Shown: positions 38,054 through 46,762 of the stretch, piece after piece
How the letters are laid out: each line of letters opens with the position of its first letter
How positions within the stretch are numbered: position 1 is the first letter of the stretch
Virus record (IMG/VR): IMGVR_UViG_3300010368_000009
Span: 1 to 64,000 of that record
DNA length: 64,000 nt
Reading direction: 5' to 3' (one strand)
From: a virus
Notes under the pieces: generated by a model
The model's input: the letters and a program-made list of their open reading frames with translations, nothing else
Told to the model about the DNA's origin: nothing
Databases searched by the model: none
Made by a program: the position numbers and the translations under genes

Positions 38054-38239
38054 ATGAAAAAACCACAAAAAGATGAGCCGGGTAGATATAAAGTCTATTC
38101 GTGTCCTTGTTGTGAAACATGTCGCTTTGATTTGAAATTCAATAGATGTGTTCAAGGTGGTCCATACAAAGGTTATGTCAATGTCGGAGAAACCAGTGAT
38201 CATTTGGTGGAAACCGGGGATGCGGTCATCAACGATTGA
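38054..38239 (+). CDS. Small Cys-rich hypothetical protein
   Basis: CPCCETC...C. Confidence 0.45.
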   Translation: MKKPQKDEPGRYKVYSCPCCETCRFDLKFNRCVQGGPYKGYVNVGETSDHLVETGDAVIND

Positions 38240-38507
38240 TAATAAGGTAAAACACAGTCGTATATTTGATCGACCAATTCATCTTTATATTCATATTGAT
38301 GTCCATGCTGGTATAAGTCAGAGTCGTATATTTGATATTATCCCTAGTCGGTGTGGGTATACGTGTGACGTGATTTTAATATATCATGGTGGGTTCGACC
38401 TCGTATTAAAAAACCGCTATTCTCCCCCTGAAGGATTACAGATTTTCAAACGATCAATGGTTCGTGGTAATTTTATAAAGCTTCCTACCAGTTTCAAGAT
38501 AAAATAA
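38220..38507 (+). CDS. Hypothetical protein
   Basis: ORF ending at the terminator; start uncertain. Confidence 0.4.
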   Translation: MRSSTIDNKVKHSRIFDRPIHLYIHIDVHAGISQSRIFDIIPSRCGYTCDVILIYHGGFDLVLKNRYSPPEGLQIFKRSMVRGNFIKLPTSFKIK

Positions 38508-38537
38508 AACCCGCTGGATTGCTCCAACGGGTTTTAT
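38504..38537. terminator. Bidirectional intrinsic terminator ending the Ro60 operon
   Basis: ATAAAACCCG...CGGGTTTTAT. Confidence 0.75.
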
Positions 38538-38556
38538 CTTTGTGGTGGTTCAGTAG

Positions 38557-40188
38557 TTACCGAACGAATTCAGCCATTACCGATGGTGCGTTAGCATCAA
38601 ATCCAACGATGTCGAGCATGCCCGGATCGTCTGGGTTAGCAATAGTGAACTCCGTTGCAGTCATACCAACAACAACCAGCTTTGCGTTGATGCCGGTCTT
38701 CTTGCGATAGTCACGAAGTGCTTCATGTGGATGAATGCCACCAGCCCATGTTTCATTATCCGTGTAGATAACAAAGACATCAACTTCAATACCATTATCC
38801 ATTGCATAAAGCATTGGTGCTGCGCAATCGGTTCCACCGAATGGAAGACCACTGACCTTGCTAATCACGCCACTAAGCGTTGACGCCCGGCCAAAGTTTA
38901 GTGGCGTGACACCACGATCACCTACCGAAGACGATCCACGACCCCAACCACCACGTGAAGGACTCGTGAAAGAAACAGTATGAGTAACCGGTTCTGTCTT
39001 CATTGTGATGAGAGCCATTGCAGCTGAAGCATCACGTGCAGTCAGATTGGTATTCATAATGTTTTCCCAACCCATTGAGCCGGAAACATCAAGTGCAAGC
39101 AGATGACGCTTTCCAGTAGGAACAACATTCTTGAAGGCCAACATAAATGCTTCTTCAAGAGCGGACGTAATGTTTCCATTAACATTCCATGTGTTATTAC
39201 CACGGAAACCCTTACCACTTTCGTAAGTCTTCAGAGCAAGAAGCACCGCCATTGGGTGGATACGTGACTTATGGATCAAATTTTGGTCCGTAAGACGACG
39301 CACTGCTTCTTGTTCAAACTCGGACATTGGCTTGAATAGATTGATCTTATCCGAAGACATATTTCCGAGATTACGGATCATAGCGGTCATTGGCATCTTA
39401 TCAAAAAGAGCTTCCCAAACCTTTGGTTCGTTCAACATTTCCGTTGGAAGTGCTTCACGAGGCAGGTTAGCGTTCTTGATCAGATCAATCGTTTCCTTCA
39501 CTGTTGCTGTCTTCACCATTTCGTATGCAGTGATGATAGCAGGCAGGTTAGCGGCATCTACTGGACGCCCGGACAGCCAACGGAAGAGCGAGTTACGCTC
39601 TGTGTCGTCTGTCTTAGGGTGTGCCAGACGAAGCAGGTCAAGGTGTGTCCAACCTTCGCGTTGACGATACTTCGTTGTCTGATAGGCAAGATCATCAACC
39701 GTTTGGTTGATATACCAATTACCGACAGCACGACGAAGCGCTGGACCCCAACCACGGAACTGTTCTATGAATTCCGCGAACTGGAACAGGTGTGTACCGA
39801 TACGAGCAACACGAGGCAGAGCCGCAAGAGCGTATGCAGCAACCTTTGGGTTAGCTGGATCACAAGCCATTGCGAGTGCAAACAGAGCTGCATCGTTACG
39901 ATATGCACGACCGTTAACAGAAACGTCAACAATAAGATCGACTGCACGGAAACCATTTTCAGCGATTGCCGTCTTCATGGAGTCTGCATTGCTAAGCGTG
40001 AGTTCACGAGCGGATGCATAATATGATGGTGCATCCGATCCAAGAATCAGGAATCGTTCAAGACGACCGAAGCTATCCAGCGTGAACGAATATCCGCCCG
40101 CGTTGTTTTCCGCCTGCTTAGGGGAAGCTGCTTCTGTTTGTGGGGTTTGTCGGTTACGAGTTCCGACATTCTTATATGCAGTTGCCAT
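38557..40188 (-). CDS. rsr: Ro60/TROVE-domain RNA-binding protein (Rsr)
   Basis: NNAGGY, RFLILGS, KYRQREGWTHLDLLRLAHP, MPMTAMIRNLG, vWA DVSGSM, GGTDC, VIYTDNET, DPGMLDIVGFD; GAAGGA RBS. Confidence 0.95.
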   Translation of the reverse strand: MATAYKNVGTRNRQTPQTEAASPKQAENNAGGYSFTLDSFGRLERFLILGSDAPSYYASARELTLSNADSMKTAIAENGFRAVDLIVDVSVNGRAYRNDAALFALAMACDPANPKVAAYALAALPRVARIGTHLFQFAEFIEQFRGWGPALRRAVGNWYINQTVDDLAYQTTKYRQREGWTHLDLLRLAHPKTDDTERNSLFRWLSGRPVDAANLPAIITAYEMVKTATVKETIDLIKNANLPREALPTEMLNEPKVWEALFDKMPMTAMIRNLGNMSSDKINLFKPMSEFEQEAVRRLTDQNLIHKSRIHPMAVLLALKTYESGKGFRGNNTWNVNGNITSALEEAFMLAFKNVVPTGKRHLLALDVSGSMGWENIMNTNLTARDASAAMALITMKTEPVTHTVSFTSPSRGGWGRGSSSVGDRGVTPLNFGRASTLSGVISKVSGLPFGGTDCAAPMLYAMDNGIEVDVFVIYTDNETWAGGIHPHEALRDYRKKTGINAKLVVVGMTATEFTIANPDDPGMLDIVGFDANAPSVMAEFVR

Positions 40189-40252
40189 AATATTATTTCC
40201 TTCTCTCTTATACTTTCTCTTTAATAAGACAATATAAGACGAAGCGGATATC

Positions 40253-40335
40253 TTAACGAGCAAATGAGTTGCAGTGGATATGGTTTGTCAAAGTATGAGT
40301 CTGATTATGATAATCCATTACATCCGGCACGTTAA
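40253..40335 (-). ncRNA. Y RNA-like unit 1 (nearest Ro60)
   Basis: 5' CGUGCCGGAUG / 3' AUUUGCUCG bulged helix; UUAUC motif. Confidence 0.75.
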
Positions 40336-40353
40336 TATTACTATATTACTAAT

Positions 40354-40499
40354 ATGGCTTTGTGAGCAAATGTATAGAAAATAGGGTTTAAGCGCTCTAC
40401 CGCTGAGCTACCAAGCCGCGAACGACCTGAGTTGGATTCGAACCAACGACCTCTCCATTACAAGTGGATAACCTATTTTCATCCGGCTCACAAAGCCAT
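40354..40499 (-). ncRNA. Y RNA-like unit 2, YrlA-type with permuted tRNA domain
   Basis: 14-bp terminal stem, GCCGGAUG, UUAUC, T arm, UUCG-capped acceptor, D arm. Confidence 0.85.
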
Positions 40500-40504
40500 T
40501 TTAG

Positions 40505-40651
40505 TAAGACGAGTAAATGAAATGACAAAGGGATAATATACAGTTGCGTCTACCAATTCCGCCACTCCCCGTTAGATTGGTCGGGGAGACAGGACTTGAA
40601 CCTGTAATACTCACTGTTCCTTAGATAACCCTAAATCTCCGACACGTCTTA
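40505..40651 (-). ncRNA. Y RNA-like unit 3, YrlA-type with Leu-like permuted tRNA domain
   Basis: GUGUCGGAG/AUUUACUC stem, UUAUC, T arm ACAGG-UUCAAGU-CCUGU, acceptor CUCCCCG/CGGGGAG, D arm GGCGGAAUUGGUAGACGC. Confidence 0.82.
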
Positions 40652-40682
40652 AATCATTTCCTTCTTTGTTCAGTCGTTAGTA

Positions 40683-40751
40683 GTTACGAGCAAATTGTTG
40701 AAAATGGGGGTTCATCAACAAAAGATAACCCACTCTCATCCGGCACGTAAC
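40683..40751 (-). ncRNA. Y RNA-like unit 4 (short)
   Basis: GUUACGUGCCGGAUG...GGGUUAUC...AUUUGCUCGUAAC. Confidence 0.78.
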
Positions 40752-40760
40752 CGCTTTAGT

Positions 40761-40828
40761 ACTGCGAGCAAATTGTTTGAAATGGGGGTTCATCGTTGCA
40801 AGATAACCCACTTCATCCGGCCCGCAGT
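40761..40828 (-). ncRNA. Y RNA-like unit 5 (short, near-duplicate of unit 4)
   Basis: ACUGCGGGCCGGAUG...GGGUUAUC...AUUUGCUCGCAGU. Confidence 0.78.
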
Positions 40829-40844
40829 CTTATTGCGATGTGGA

Positions 40845-40875
40845 TATACTTAAGGGTAATAATTCGGGGTGTCAA
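40845..40875 (-). promoter_or_regulatory. Sigma70-type promoter of the Y RNA-Ro60 operon
   Basis: TTGACA (40875-40870), 17 nt, TAAGTA on the minus strand. Confidence 0.6.
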
Positions 40876-40948
40876 ACGGTTTTATGATTTTTCTGCATTT
40901 TTCTCTTTTTTGTTGCACATGGAGTGAAACGTGCTATAAGTATTATCT

Positions 40949-41025
40949 TGCGGGTTAGAGAAGTTGGTCATCTCGTTAGACTCATAATCTGAAAACCGGT
41001 GGTTCGAGTCCACCACCCGCTCCCA
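40949..41025 (+). tRNA. tRNA-Met(CAT), initiator-like
   Basis: Loop CTCATAA; 1:72 mismatch; GAG/CTC D stem; lacks the three G-C anticodon-stem pairs. Confidence 0.8.
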
Positions 41026-41044
41026 GTTTTACGTAGGAATAATT

Positions 41045-41209
41045 ATGAACAGAAAAGTAGAATTATTCCCAACGATTCATATCACCGAAGAAACTGTAGC
41101 TGACTTGAAAGAAATATATGATTTCGATGTCACGGCACCCATTGTTATTCCATGGGGTGATGGAGACACGATTACTATAACACTGAAAGTTGTCACTGAG
41201 AATACTTGA
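41045..41209 (+). CDS. Small hypothetical protein (54 aa, not in the ORF track)
   Basis: AGGA RBS, ATG...TGA. Confidence 0.5.
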   Translation: MNRKVELFPTIHITEETVADLKEIYDFDVTAPIVIPWGDGDTITITLKVVTENT

Positions 41210-41261
41210 CATATAGTTGTAGACCTATTAGAGTGATAGCATAATCACTTAGGGAACTACT

Positions 41262-41525
41262 ATGTCTAGCAATCCTTTTGAATTTGTGAAGTTTTCAACC
41301 AATTATATGGTGCCCCTGACAAATGAACAACGGCGGGTGCTGTTCCAACGGGGTGATCGGTTTCATAATAACAACTCGCCAGATGCAGACATTATGGCCA
41401 TCGAGGGCGTCGAAGAGTTCCGTCTTCAGTGTTTGGTCTATGTTGTGGAAATCAATGTCAATCATGATACACCCGAAACACATTTGGCCGTTTCTAACAT
41501 GATACGCAAACATCTGGCCGCTTGA
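41262..41525 (+). CDS. Hypothetical protein
   Basis: Promoter and AGGGA RBS. Confidence 0.6.
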   Translation: MSSNPFEFVKFSTNYMVPLTNEQRRVLFQRGDRFHNNNSPDADIMAIEGVEEFRLQCLVYVVEINVNHDTPETHLAVSNMIRKHLAA

Positions 41526-41536
41526 TAAATACCTTC

Positions 41537-41638
41537 ATGATATATGTAATAATTATTGGTTGTATTGTTGCCGTGATTGTGTTACCACTAGCACATTATG
41601 TGGTGTTCGGTAAAAATCCACTGGACAAATTTATATAA
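41537..41638 (+). CDS. 33-aa single-TM peptide
   Basis: ATAAATA upstream; MIYVIIIGCIVAVIVLPLAH. Confidence 0.35.
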   Translation: MIYVIIIGCIVAVIVLPLAHYVVFGKNPLDKFI

Positions 41639-41650
41639 AGAACCAGTACG

Positions 41651-42397
41651 ATGAAAATTGTTTCGAAATTCCAAGACTACTATGATTGTGGTCTGGCATA
41701 CGGTGTTGACGAAAATATCGTTTATACTCGTACCGAACATGTTGAACGTATCAAGATGGTGAATGGTTCGAACACACGCGAGGTCCGGCTTCGTGATAAT
41801 CGCCCAACTCGCTATGGTATTAATAGTCCCAGCTGGTATCGATTACAACCGAATTATCTTCACTTCTGTGGTATGGTGTATCCATTCTATCGTCTTTTCA
41901 AATCTGAAAAGATCGGTCGTGACCGTAAGACTGGCGAGGATGTGATACGAGAGTGGACTGAATATTATTGGGATAATGAATCAGTATCGAAGGAATATTC
42001 AGTTAGCCGTGAAAAAAGTCGGCATGCATACAATCCCGGTGAGCCATTCGATATGGCCAATGAATGGAATGTAATTATCGATGATGAATTGAATCAACGA
42101 TATCAGTCACCCATTGTTGTTGAAGTTTTTGGTACAATCGAACAACGCCAAGCTTTTAGACCAATATATCATGATGTTAGTGAAGTTAATCATATCATCA
42201 ACCCGTGTCTGAAAGATTATGGGTTCGGTAATCTAATCGATCCATATACCGCCTTCCAAGAAATCAGTATGTATCTTGGTATGTTGCAGAACCCGGAAGA
42301 TAAAGACTTGGACCCGACTGCAACCGATGTCGAAAAAATCAACCAACATGGAATGGACCCAGTTTATGGCTTCAGAAAACCACCAGTTTCAAAATGA
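41651..42397 (+). CDS. Phage hypothetical protein (MKIVSKFQDYYD...DPYTAFQEI)
   Basis: 248 aa ORF. Confidence 0.75.
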   Translation: MKIVSKFQDYYDCGLAYGVDENIVYTRTEHVERIKMVNGSNTREVRLRDNRPTRYGINSPSWYRLQPNYLHFCGMVYPFYRLFKSEKIGRDRKTGEDVIREWTEYYWDNESVSKEYSVSREKSRHAYNPGEPFDMANEWNVIIDDELNQRYQSPIVVEVFGTIEQRQAFRPIYHDVSEVNHIINPCLKDYGFGNLIDPYTAFQEISMYLGMLQNPEDKDLDPTATDVEKINQHGMDPVYGFRKPPVSK

Positions 42398-42600
42398 TAT
42401 TGGCACAGCCACTGAAGAATTTCGATCTATGGTCGAAAAGTGGTATCGAGATATTATCATTCCTGCTGTAGCAGCAGATCAACCGAGAAATAATTGTCGG
42501 ATCGTGGTCATGTTGATTCGCGATGATGAGAAAGATGCCGAACGAGGCGTTATTATGGATCGTATTAAAATCATGGAAAATATGGAAATAGGAGCTGGAC

Positions 42601-42801
42601 ATGAATAAATCGGATTATAATAAAACTGTCGTGTATAGTGTGGCGATTATCGGTGTCATTATTGTTCTATCGGGTTTTACTGTGTCCGATATAATGCGAA
42701 ATAAAGCTATGAGTGAAGTGGGAATTGCCGGTATGGAATTACAACAGGCGTGTGTGGAACATGATATTCCGCTGGCCGAATGTCGAGTGCGTATCAGATA
42801 A
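42601..42801 (+). CDS. Small membrane protein
   Basis: AGGAG RBS; TM helix. Confidence 0.55.
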   Translation: MNKSDYNKTVVYSVAIIGVIIVLSGFTVSDIMRNKAMSEVGIAGMELQQACVEHDIPLAECRVRIR

Positions 42802-42884
42802 CGTTGATTCGTTCCCGGTGTGCCATCCATAGTGTTCCCAAAACGTTGTATCCAACCCAACCAGTAGCCGGTTGGGATGGATAA

Positions 42885-43301
42885 TCAGTCAACATCGATT
42901 TGTTCCATTGCGTCAAAGATTTTATCTGTCCAGTATATATCATATTTCTTTAACGTTTTCAATAGATGAAAACATTTTGCTGCTAATAACTCTCGGTCTT
43001 TTAAATTATATGCTCTATAACAAGCACATGAAGCTGCAATGATTCTGGAAGTATAAAGATACGCATTACCATCGAAATTCCAATTGGTAAGACATTTCTT
43101 TAAGACGGTGAACTTATCATCATTGGTTTCGGCAAAATCAGTTTCACACGCGATTCGTAATCCACAATCCAATATAACGCTGCATAGAAATTCAATTCGA
43201 TACATTGGTGCACCGAGAATCACCCGTTTGATTTCTGTCTGCGGATCAAACATCTCCTTCAGATCATTATCTAATTCATCGGTATCCAAAAAATCTTCCA
43301 T
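42885..43301 (-). CDS. Hypothetical protein
   Basis: 138 aa ORF, hairpin downstream. Confidence 0.55.
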   Translation of the reverse strand: MEDFLDTDELDNDLKEMFDPQTEIKRVILGAPMYRIEFLCSVILDCGLRIACETDFAETNDDKFTVLKKCLTNWNFDGNAYLYTSRIIAASCACYRAYNLKDRELLAAKCFHLLKTLKKYDIYWTDKIFDAMEQIDVD

Positions 43302-43413
43302 GATTAATTTATAGCTGCAAAATTATAATTGACAAGGAAAATCATTCTGCCTATAAGTAATATTAACGAGACACTGCTGAAGGCGTCTTGGCTATAATAA
43401 CATGGAGTGTGTT

Positions 43414-44565
43414 ATGTCCAAACTAACAGGGGTTGATCCCCGTGCCGTATATAATGACGGAAAAATCCTAACCGATTCTCTCGGGCCGGATCAAAAGCAT
43501 GACCTGTTGGTATTCATTGGCCGTTTTCAGCCATTGCATTATGGACACATGCGAGTAATCGATATTGCTCTTACTCGCGCCAAGCAAACATTGATCTTGG
43601 TAGGTTCGGCAAATGTCGGACGAACTCTTTACAACACCTTTACATATCAAGAACGCTACGCGATGATTGCTTCCCAATATCAGGAAGCGATTGATGATGG
43701 CCGTCTTGTGCTTCGTCCACTGGATGATCACACCTACGCTGATGCCGATTGGCTCGAACAGGTTCAAGATATCGTTGAACACGATGTTCTCAAGAATAAA
43801 ACTGCAAAGACTATCAGTCTGATTGGTTGTGAGAAAGATCACACCAGTTATTACCTTGGTCTGTTTCCGCAGTGGGGCAACATTGGTGTTGAATTCAAGG
43901 TGCCGTTGAACAGTACTGATGTTCGCAAAGCTGTATTCCTTCAAAAGAATAGTTATAATCCCGGTCCCGGTTCTGGTCGCATCATTAATGAAGAATACGA
44001 GTTTATTCATAAAGCGTGTCCTCCTGAAATCGCACGGTTGCTGTATGCCTTTACGATGCGATCTGAGTATGAAGACATCAAAGAAGAATGGGGTTTTATC
44101 AACACGTATCGTAACAACCGCCAAAAAGGTAATGAATATCCCGTCATCGATCATACGGTTGATGCATGTGTTGTTCAGTCGGGTCACGTGTTGGTTGTTC
44201 AACGTCGCTGGCGTCCGGGTAAAGGACTGTTTGCTCTTCCGGGTGGCTTCCTTAATGAATTTGAACCGGTTGATCATGCCATCCTTCGGGAACTTCGTGA
44301 AGAAACTCAAATTGATGTGAGTGATACGGTTCTTCGTGCCGGTTTTGTGAAACGTGAACAGTTCAGTGATCCACGCCGGTCTGATCGTGGCCGCATCATT
44401 ACTGAGTGTGGTTTGTTCAAACTTCAAGATCGCGCCAAGCTTCCAACGGTTAAGGGTGCCGATGATGCCGCCTGTGCATTCTGGTTGCCATTGAATAAAG
44501 TTGATCCAAGTGCATTTTTTGAAGACCATGCATTCATCATTCGCAAACTGACAAAAGATTTGTGA
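43414..44565 (+). CDS. nadM: Bifunctional NMN adenylyltransferase / Nudix hydrolase
   Basis: IGRFQPLHYGH, NSTDVR, Nudix box LPGGF...RELREET, DPRRSDRGR, GADDA, FEDH. Confidence 0.93.
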   Translation: MSKLTGVDPRAVYNDGKILTDSLGPDQKHDLLVFIGRFQPLHYGHMRVIDIALTRAKQTLILVGSANVGRTLYNTFTYQERYAMIASQYQEAIDDGRLVLRPLDDHTYADADWLEQVQDIVEHDVLKNKTAKTISLIGCEKDHTSYYLGLFPQWGNIGVEFKVPLNSTDVRKAVFLQKNSYNPGPGSGRIINEEYEFIHKACPPEIARLLYAFTMRSEYEDIKEEWGFINTYRNNRQKGNEYPVIDHTVDACVVQSGHVLVVQRRWRPGKGLFALPGGFLNEFEPVDHAILRELREETQIDVSDTVLRAGFVKREQFSDPRRSDRGRIITECGLFKLQDRAKLPTVKGADDAACAFWLPLNKVDPSAFFEDHAFIIRKLTKDL

Positions 44566-44575
44566 GGAGAACACT

Positions 44576-44737
44576 ATGGAAGATGACACCTATCAAATCA
44601 TTCAAAAACTGAAAGATATGGTTGATGAAATCGATCTATATGAAATTGAAATCGCCGCTGCTCGCGAGCGTATCACACAGAACCGGCTGGTAATCAAAGC
44701 ATTGAAGGCCGAAACCGAAAAAGAAAAAGGAAATTAA
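44576..44737 (+). CDS. Small coiled-coil protein (53 aa, not in the ORF track)
   Basis: GAGGAG RBS; lies between nadM and nadV. Confidence 0.55.
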   Translation: MEDDTYQIIQKLKDMVDEIDLYEIEIAAARERITQNRLVIKALKAETEKEKGN

Positions 44738-44741
44738 TATC

Positions 44742-46205
44742 ATGACCATCATTGTAAACGTAAATGAAATCGAACGCATTCTTTCCAATCCGATTCTTAT
44801 GTCAGATTCGTATAAGTTTTCACATTGGAAGCAATACCCACAAAAATCTTTGTATGTGAATAGCTACATTGAATCTCGCGGCATGTGTACCGAATTGGTC
44901 AACAGTGGCCTCGACAACGAGTTGGTATTCTTTGGTATCCAAGGATTTATCAAGCGTTACCTGTCTCGCCAAATCACACCCCAACATATTGATGAAGCTG
45001 AAAAATTCTGCAAGAATCATGGTGAACCATTCAATCGTCGTGGCTTTGAAATAATCGTGAATGATTACAACGGCTATTACCCTGTCAGTATTCAGGCTAT
45101 TCCAGAAGGAACAGTCATCAGTGCACACAATGTTATGGTTCAAGTAATCAATACTGACTCTCGGTTGTACTGGTTGACCTCGTTTCTGGAAACTGCATTG
45201 CTTCGCGCCGTGTGGTATCCAGTTTCCGTGGCTACCAAGAGCCGGGAAATCAAAAAGGTTATTGCCAAATATATGGATGATACGGTTGGCAATCGTGATG
45301 GTTTGGAATTCAAACTTCATGATTTCGGTGCCCGTGGTGTTTCTTCTCAAGAATCGGCCATGATTGGTGGCGCTGCCCATCTGGTGAACTTCATGGGAAC
45401 TGATACCGTTGAAGCCGCTGTATGGCTCTCTGCACTGTATAGTGAGCCTATGGCCGGGTTCTCGGTGCCAGCCGCTGAGCATAGCACCACGACGACTTGG
45501 GGTGGACCGGAAGGCGAAGAAGCTAGTTTCTTGAATATGCTGGAACAATTCCAAGGCAACTACCCGATTATCTCGGTGGTATCTGATAGCTATGACATTT
45601 ACAATGCGATCACCAATCTTTGGGGTGGCACATTGAAGGAAGCTGTTATCGCTGCTTCAAAAATGGGTAGCAAGTTGGTCGTTCGTCCAGACAGTGGTGA
45701 TCCAACAACGGTTCCTATCGATTGTGTTAAACTACTGATGGAAGTCTTTGGATACACGACTAATGATCTTGGGTATAAGGTATTGCCACCATATATCGGT
45801 GTGCTTCAGGGTGATGGTATCAACATCAATTCCATTCGTGCCATTCTTGAAAACATGAAGCGTGCTGGACTGTCGGTGGAAAACATTGTGTTCGGTATGG
45901 GCGGTGAGTTGCTTCAGGGTCATATGCGTGATGATCACAAATTCGCCATGAAGGCTTCTGAGATTCGGGTTGGTGATGAAGTTCGGGATGTGTTCAAGCA
46001 GCCGGTTACGGATGCTATGAAAATTTCAAAGAAGGGTCGATTGGCACTTATTGAAACCAGCGGCGTTGGTTCTCGTGGCTACAACACATTGCGTGAATGT
46101 AATTTGGGCTACTTGGATAAAAACCTACTGCGGGAAATTTACCGTAATGGTGAAATTTTAATCGATGACACCTTTACAACCATTCGGAAGCGTGCCAGTA
46201 TCTGA
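44742..46205 (+). CDS. nadV: Nicotinamide phosphoribosyltransferase
   Basis: DSYKFSH, LHDFGARG, GTDT, PAAEHST, SVVSDSYD, RPDSGDP, QGDG, FGMGG. Confidence 0.95.
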   Translation: MTIIVNVNEIERILSNPILMSDSYKFSHWKQYPQKSLYVNSYIESRGMCTELVNSGLDNELVFFGIQGFIKRYLSRQITPQHIDEAEKFCKNHGEPFNRRGFEIIVNDYNGYYPVSIQAIPEGTVISAHNVMVQVINTDSRLYWLTSFLETALLRAVWYPVSVATKSREIKKVIAKYMDDTVGNRDGLEFKLHDFGARGVSSQESAMIGGAAHLVNFMGTDTVEAAVWLSALYSEPMAGFSVPAAEHSTTTTWGGPEGEEASFLNMLEQFQGNYPIISVVSDSYDIYNAITNLWGGTLKEAVIAASKMGSKLVVRPDSGDPTTVPIDCVKLLMEVFGYTTNDLGYKVLPPYIGVLQGDGININSIRAILENMKRAGLSVENIVFGMGGELLQGHMRDDHKFAMKASEIRVGDEVRDVFKQPVTDAMKISKKGRLALIETSGVGSRGYNTLRECNLGYLDKNLLREIYRNGEILIDDTFTTIRKRASI

Positions 46206-46285
46206 TTGTCATACTGGCGTGGTTAGCTGTATGACGGTACTTCATGTTCTGATTATCCTTTGCGTAGAAGGGTCAGCGAAAGAAT

Positions 46286-46762
46286 TTAAACACCTTTCGC
46301 TGACCCTGATATGTCTACACCATTAGATAATATTTGTTTGCATAAACGCTGTTGGGTTTCAGTTTTAAAACGATCCCAACCACTGTCCGATCCGGTATAA
46401 AACGCAAAATCCAAACCTTCGAATCGGTATCTACCTTGTAAGTTGGTGGATGAATACTTCCATTCGCTCGGGGTTGGTTCTTGGTTTTGCGGTGTTACGA
46501 AACCCATCGCATATGGGATACCCATATTAAAACTGTACCCTTCTTGTTTCTCAAGTACGTTTAATATGGTTAGATGAGTACCAAGACCAGCCGCAAACAG
46601 AAACATGGTATTATCATAAACTAGAAACCGGCCTTCGTTTAATCGGAAGCTAGGTAAAACGCTTTTGACCTTAAACCAAGACGGGTCAATATAAATTGTG
46701 ATATCAACCTGACCGTCCTTGGTTTTAATAAAACTGCGTTCTAAAAGTTTATTGAGCTTCAT
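46286..46762 (-). CDS. Hypothetical late protein, MKLNKLLE N-terminus
   Basis: Last gene of a late-promoter operon. Confidence 0.6.
   Translation of the reverse strand: MKLNKLLERSFIKTKDGQVDITIYIDPSWFKVKSVLPSFRLNEGRFLVYDNTMFLFAAGLGTHLTILNVLEKQEGYSFNMGIPYAMGFVTPQNQEPTPSEWKYSSTNLQGRYRFEGLDFAFYTGSDSGWDRFKTETQQRLCKQILSNGVDISGSAKGV

Noticed and set aside
40390-40610. Minus-strand tRNA genes or pseudogenes
   Set aside because: The T arm precedes the D arm and the acceptor is closed by a loop, so these are permuted YrlA-type domains, not standard tRNAs
40253-40828. Repeats upstream of Ro60 as a CRISPR array
   Set aside because: Units are self-complementary, vary from 68 to 147 nt, have degenerate repeats and no cas genes nearby; Y RNA features fit better
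43468-44589. 373-aa minus-strand ORF
   Set aside because: Antisense shadow of nadM; no motifs, and explained by codon bias on the coding strand
44820-45554. 244-aa minus-strand ORF
   Set aside because: Antisense shadow of nadV
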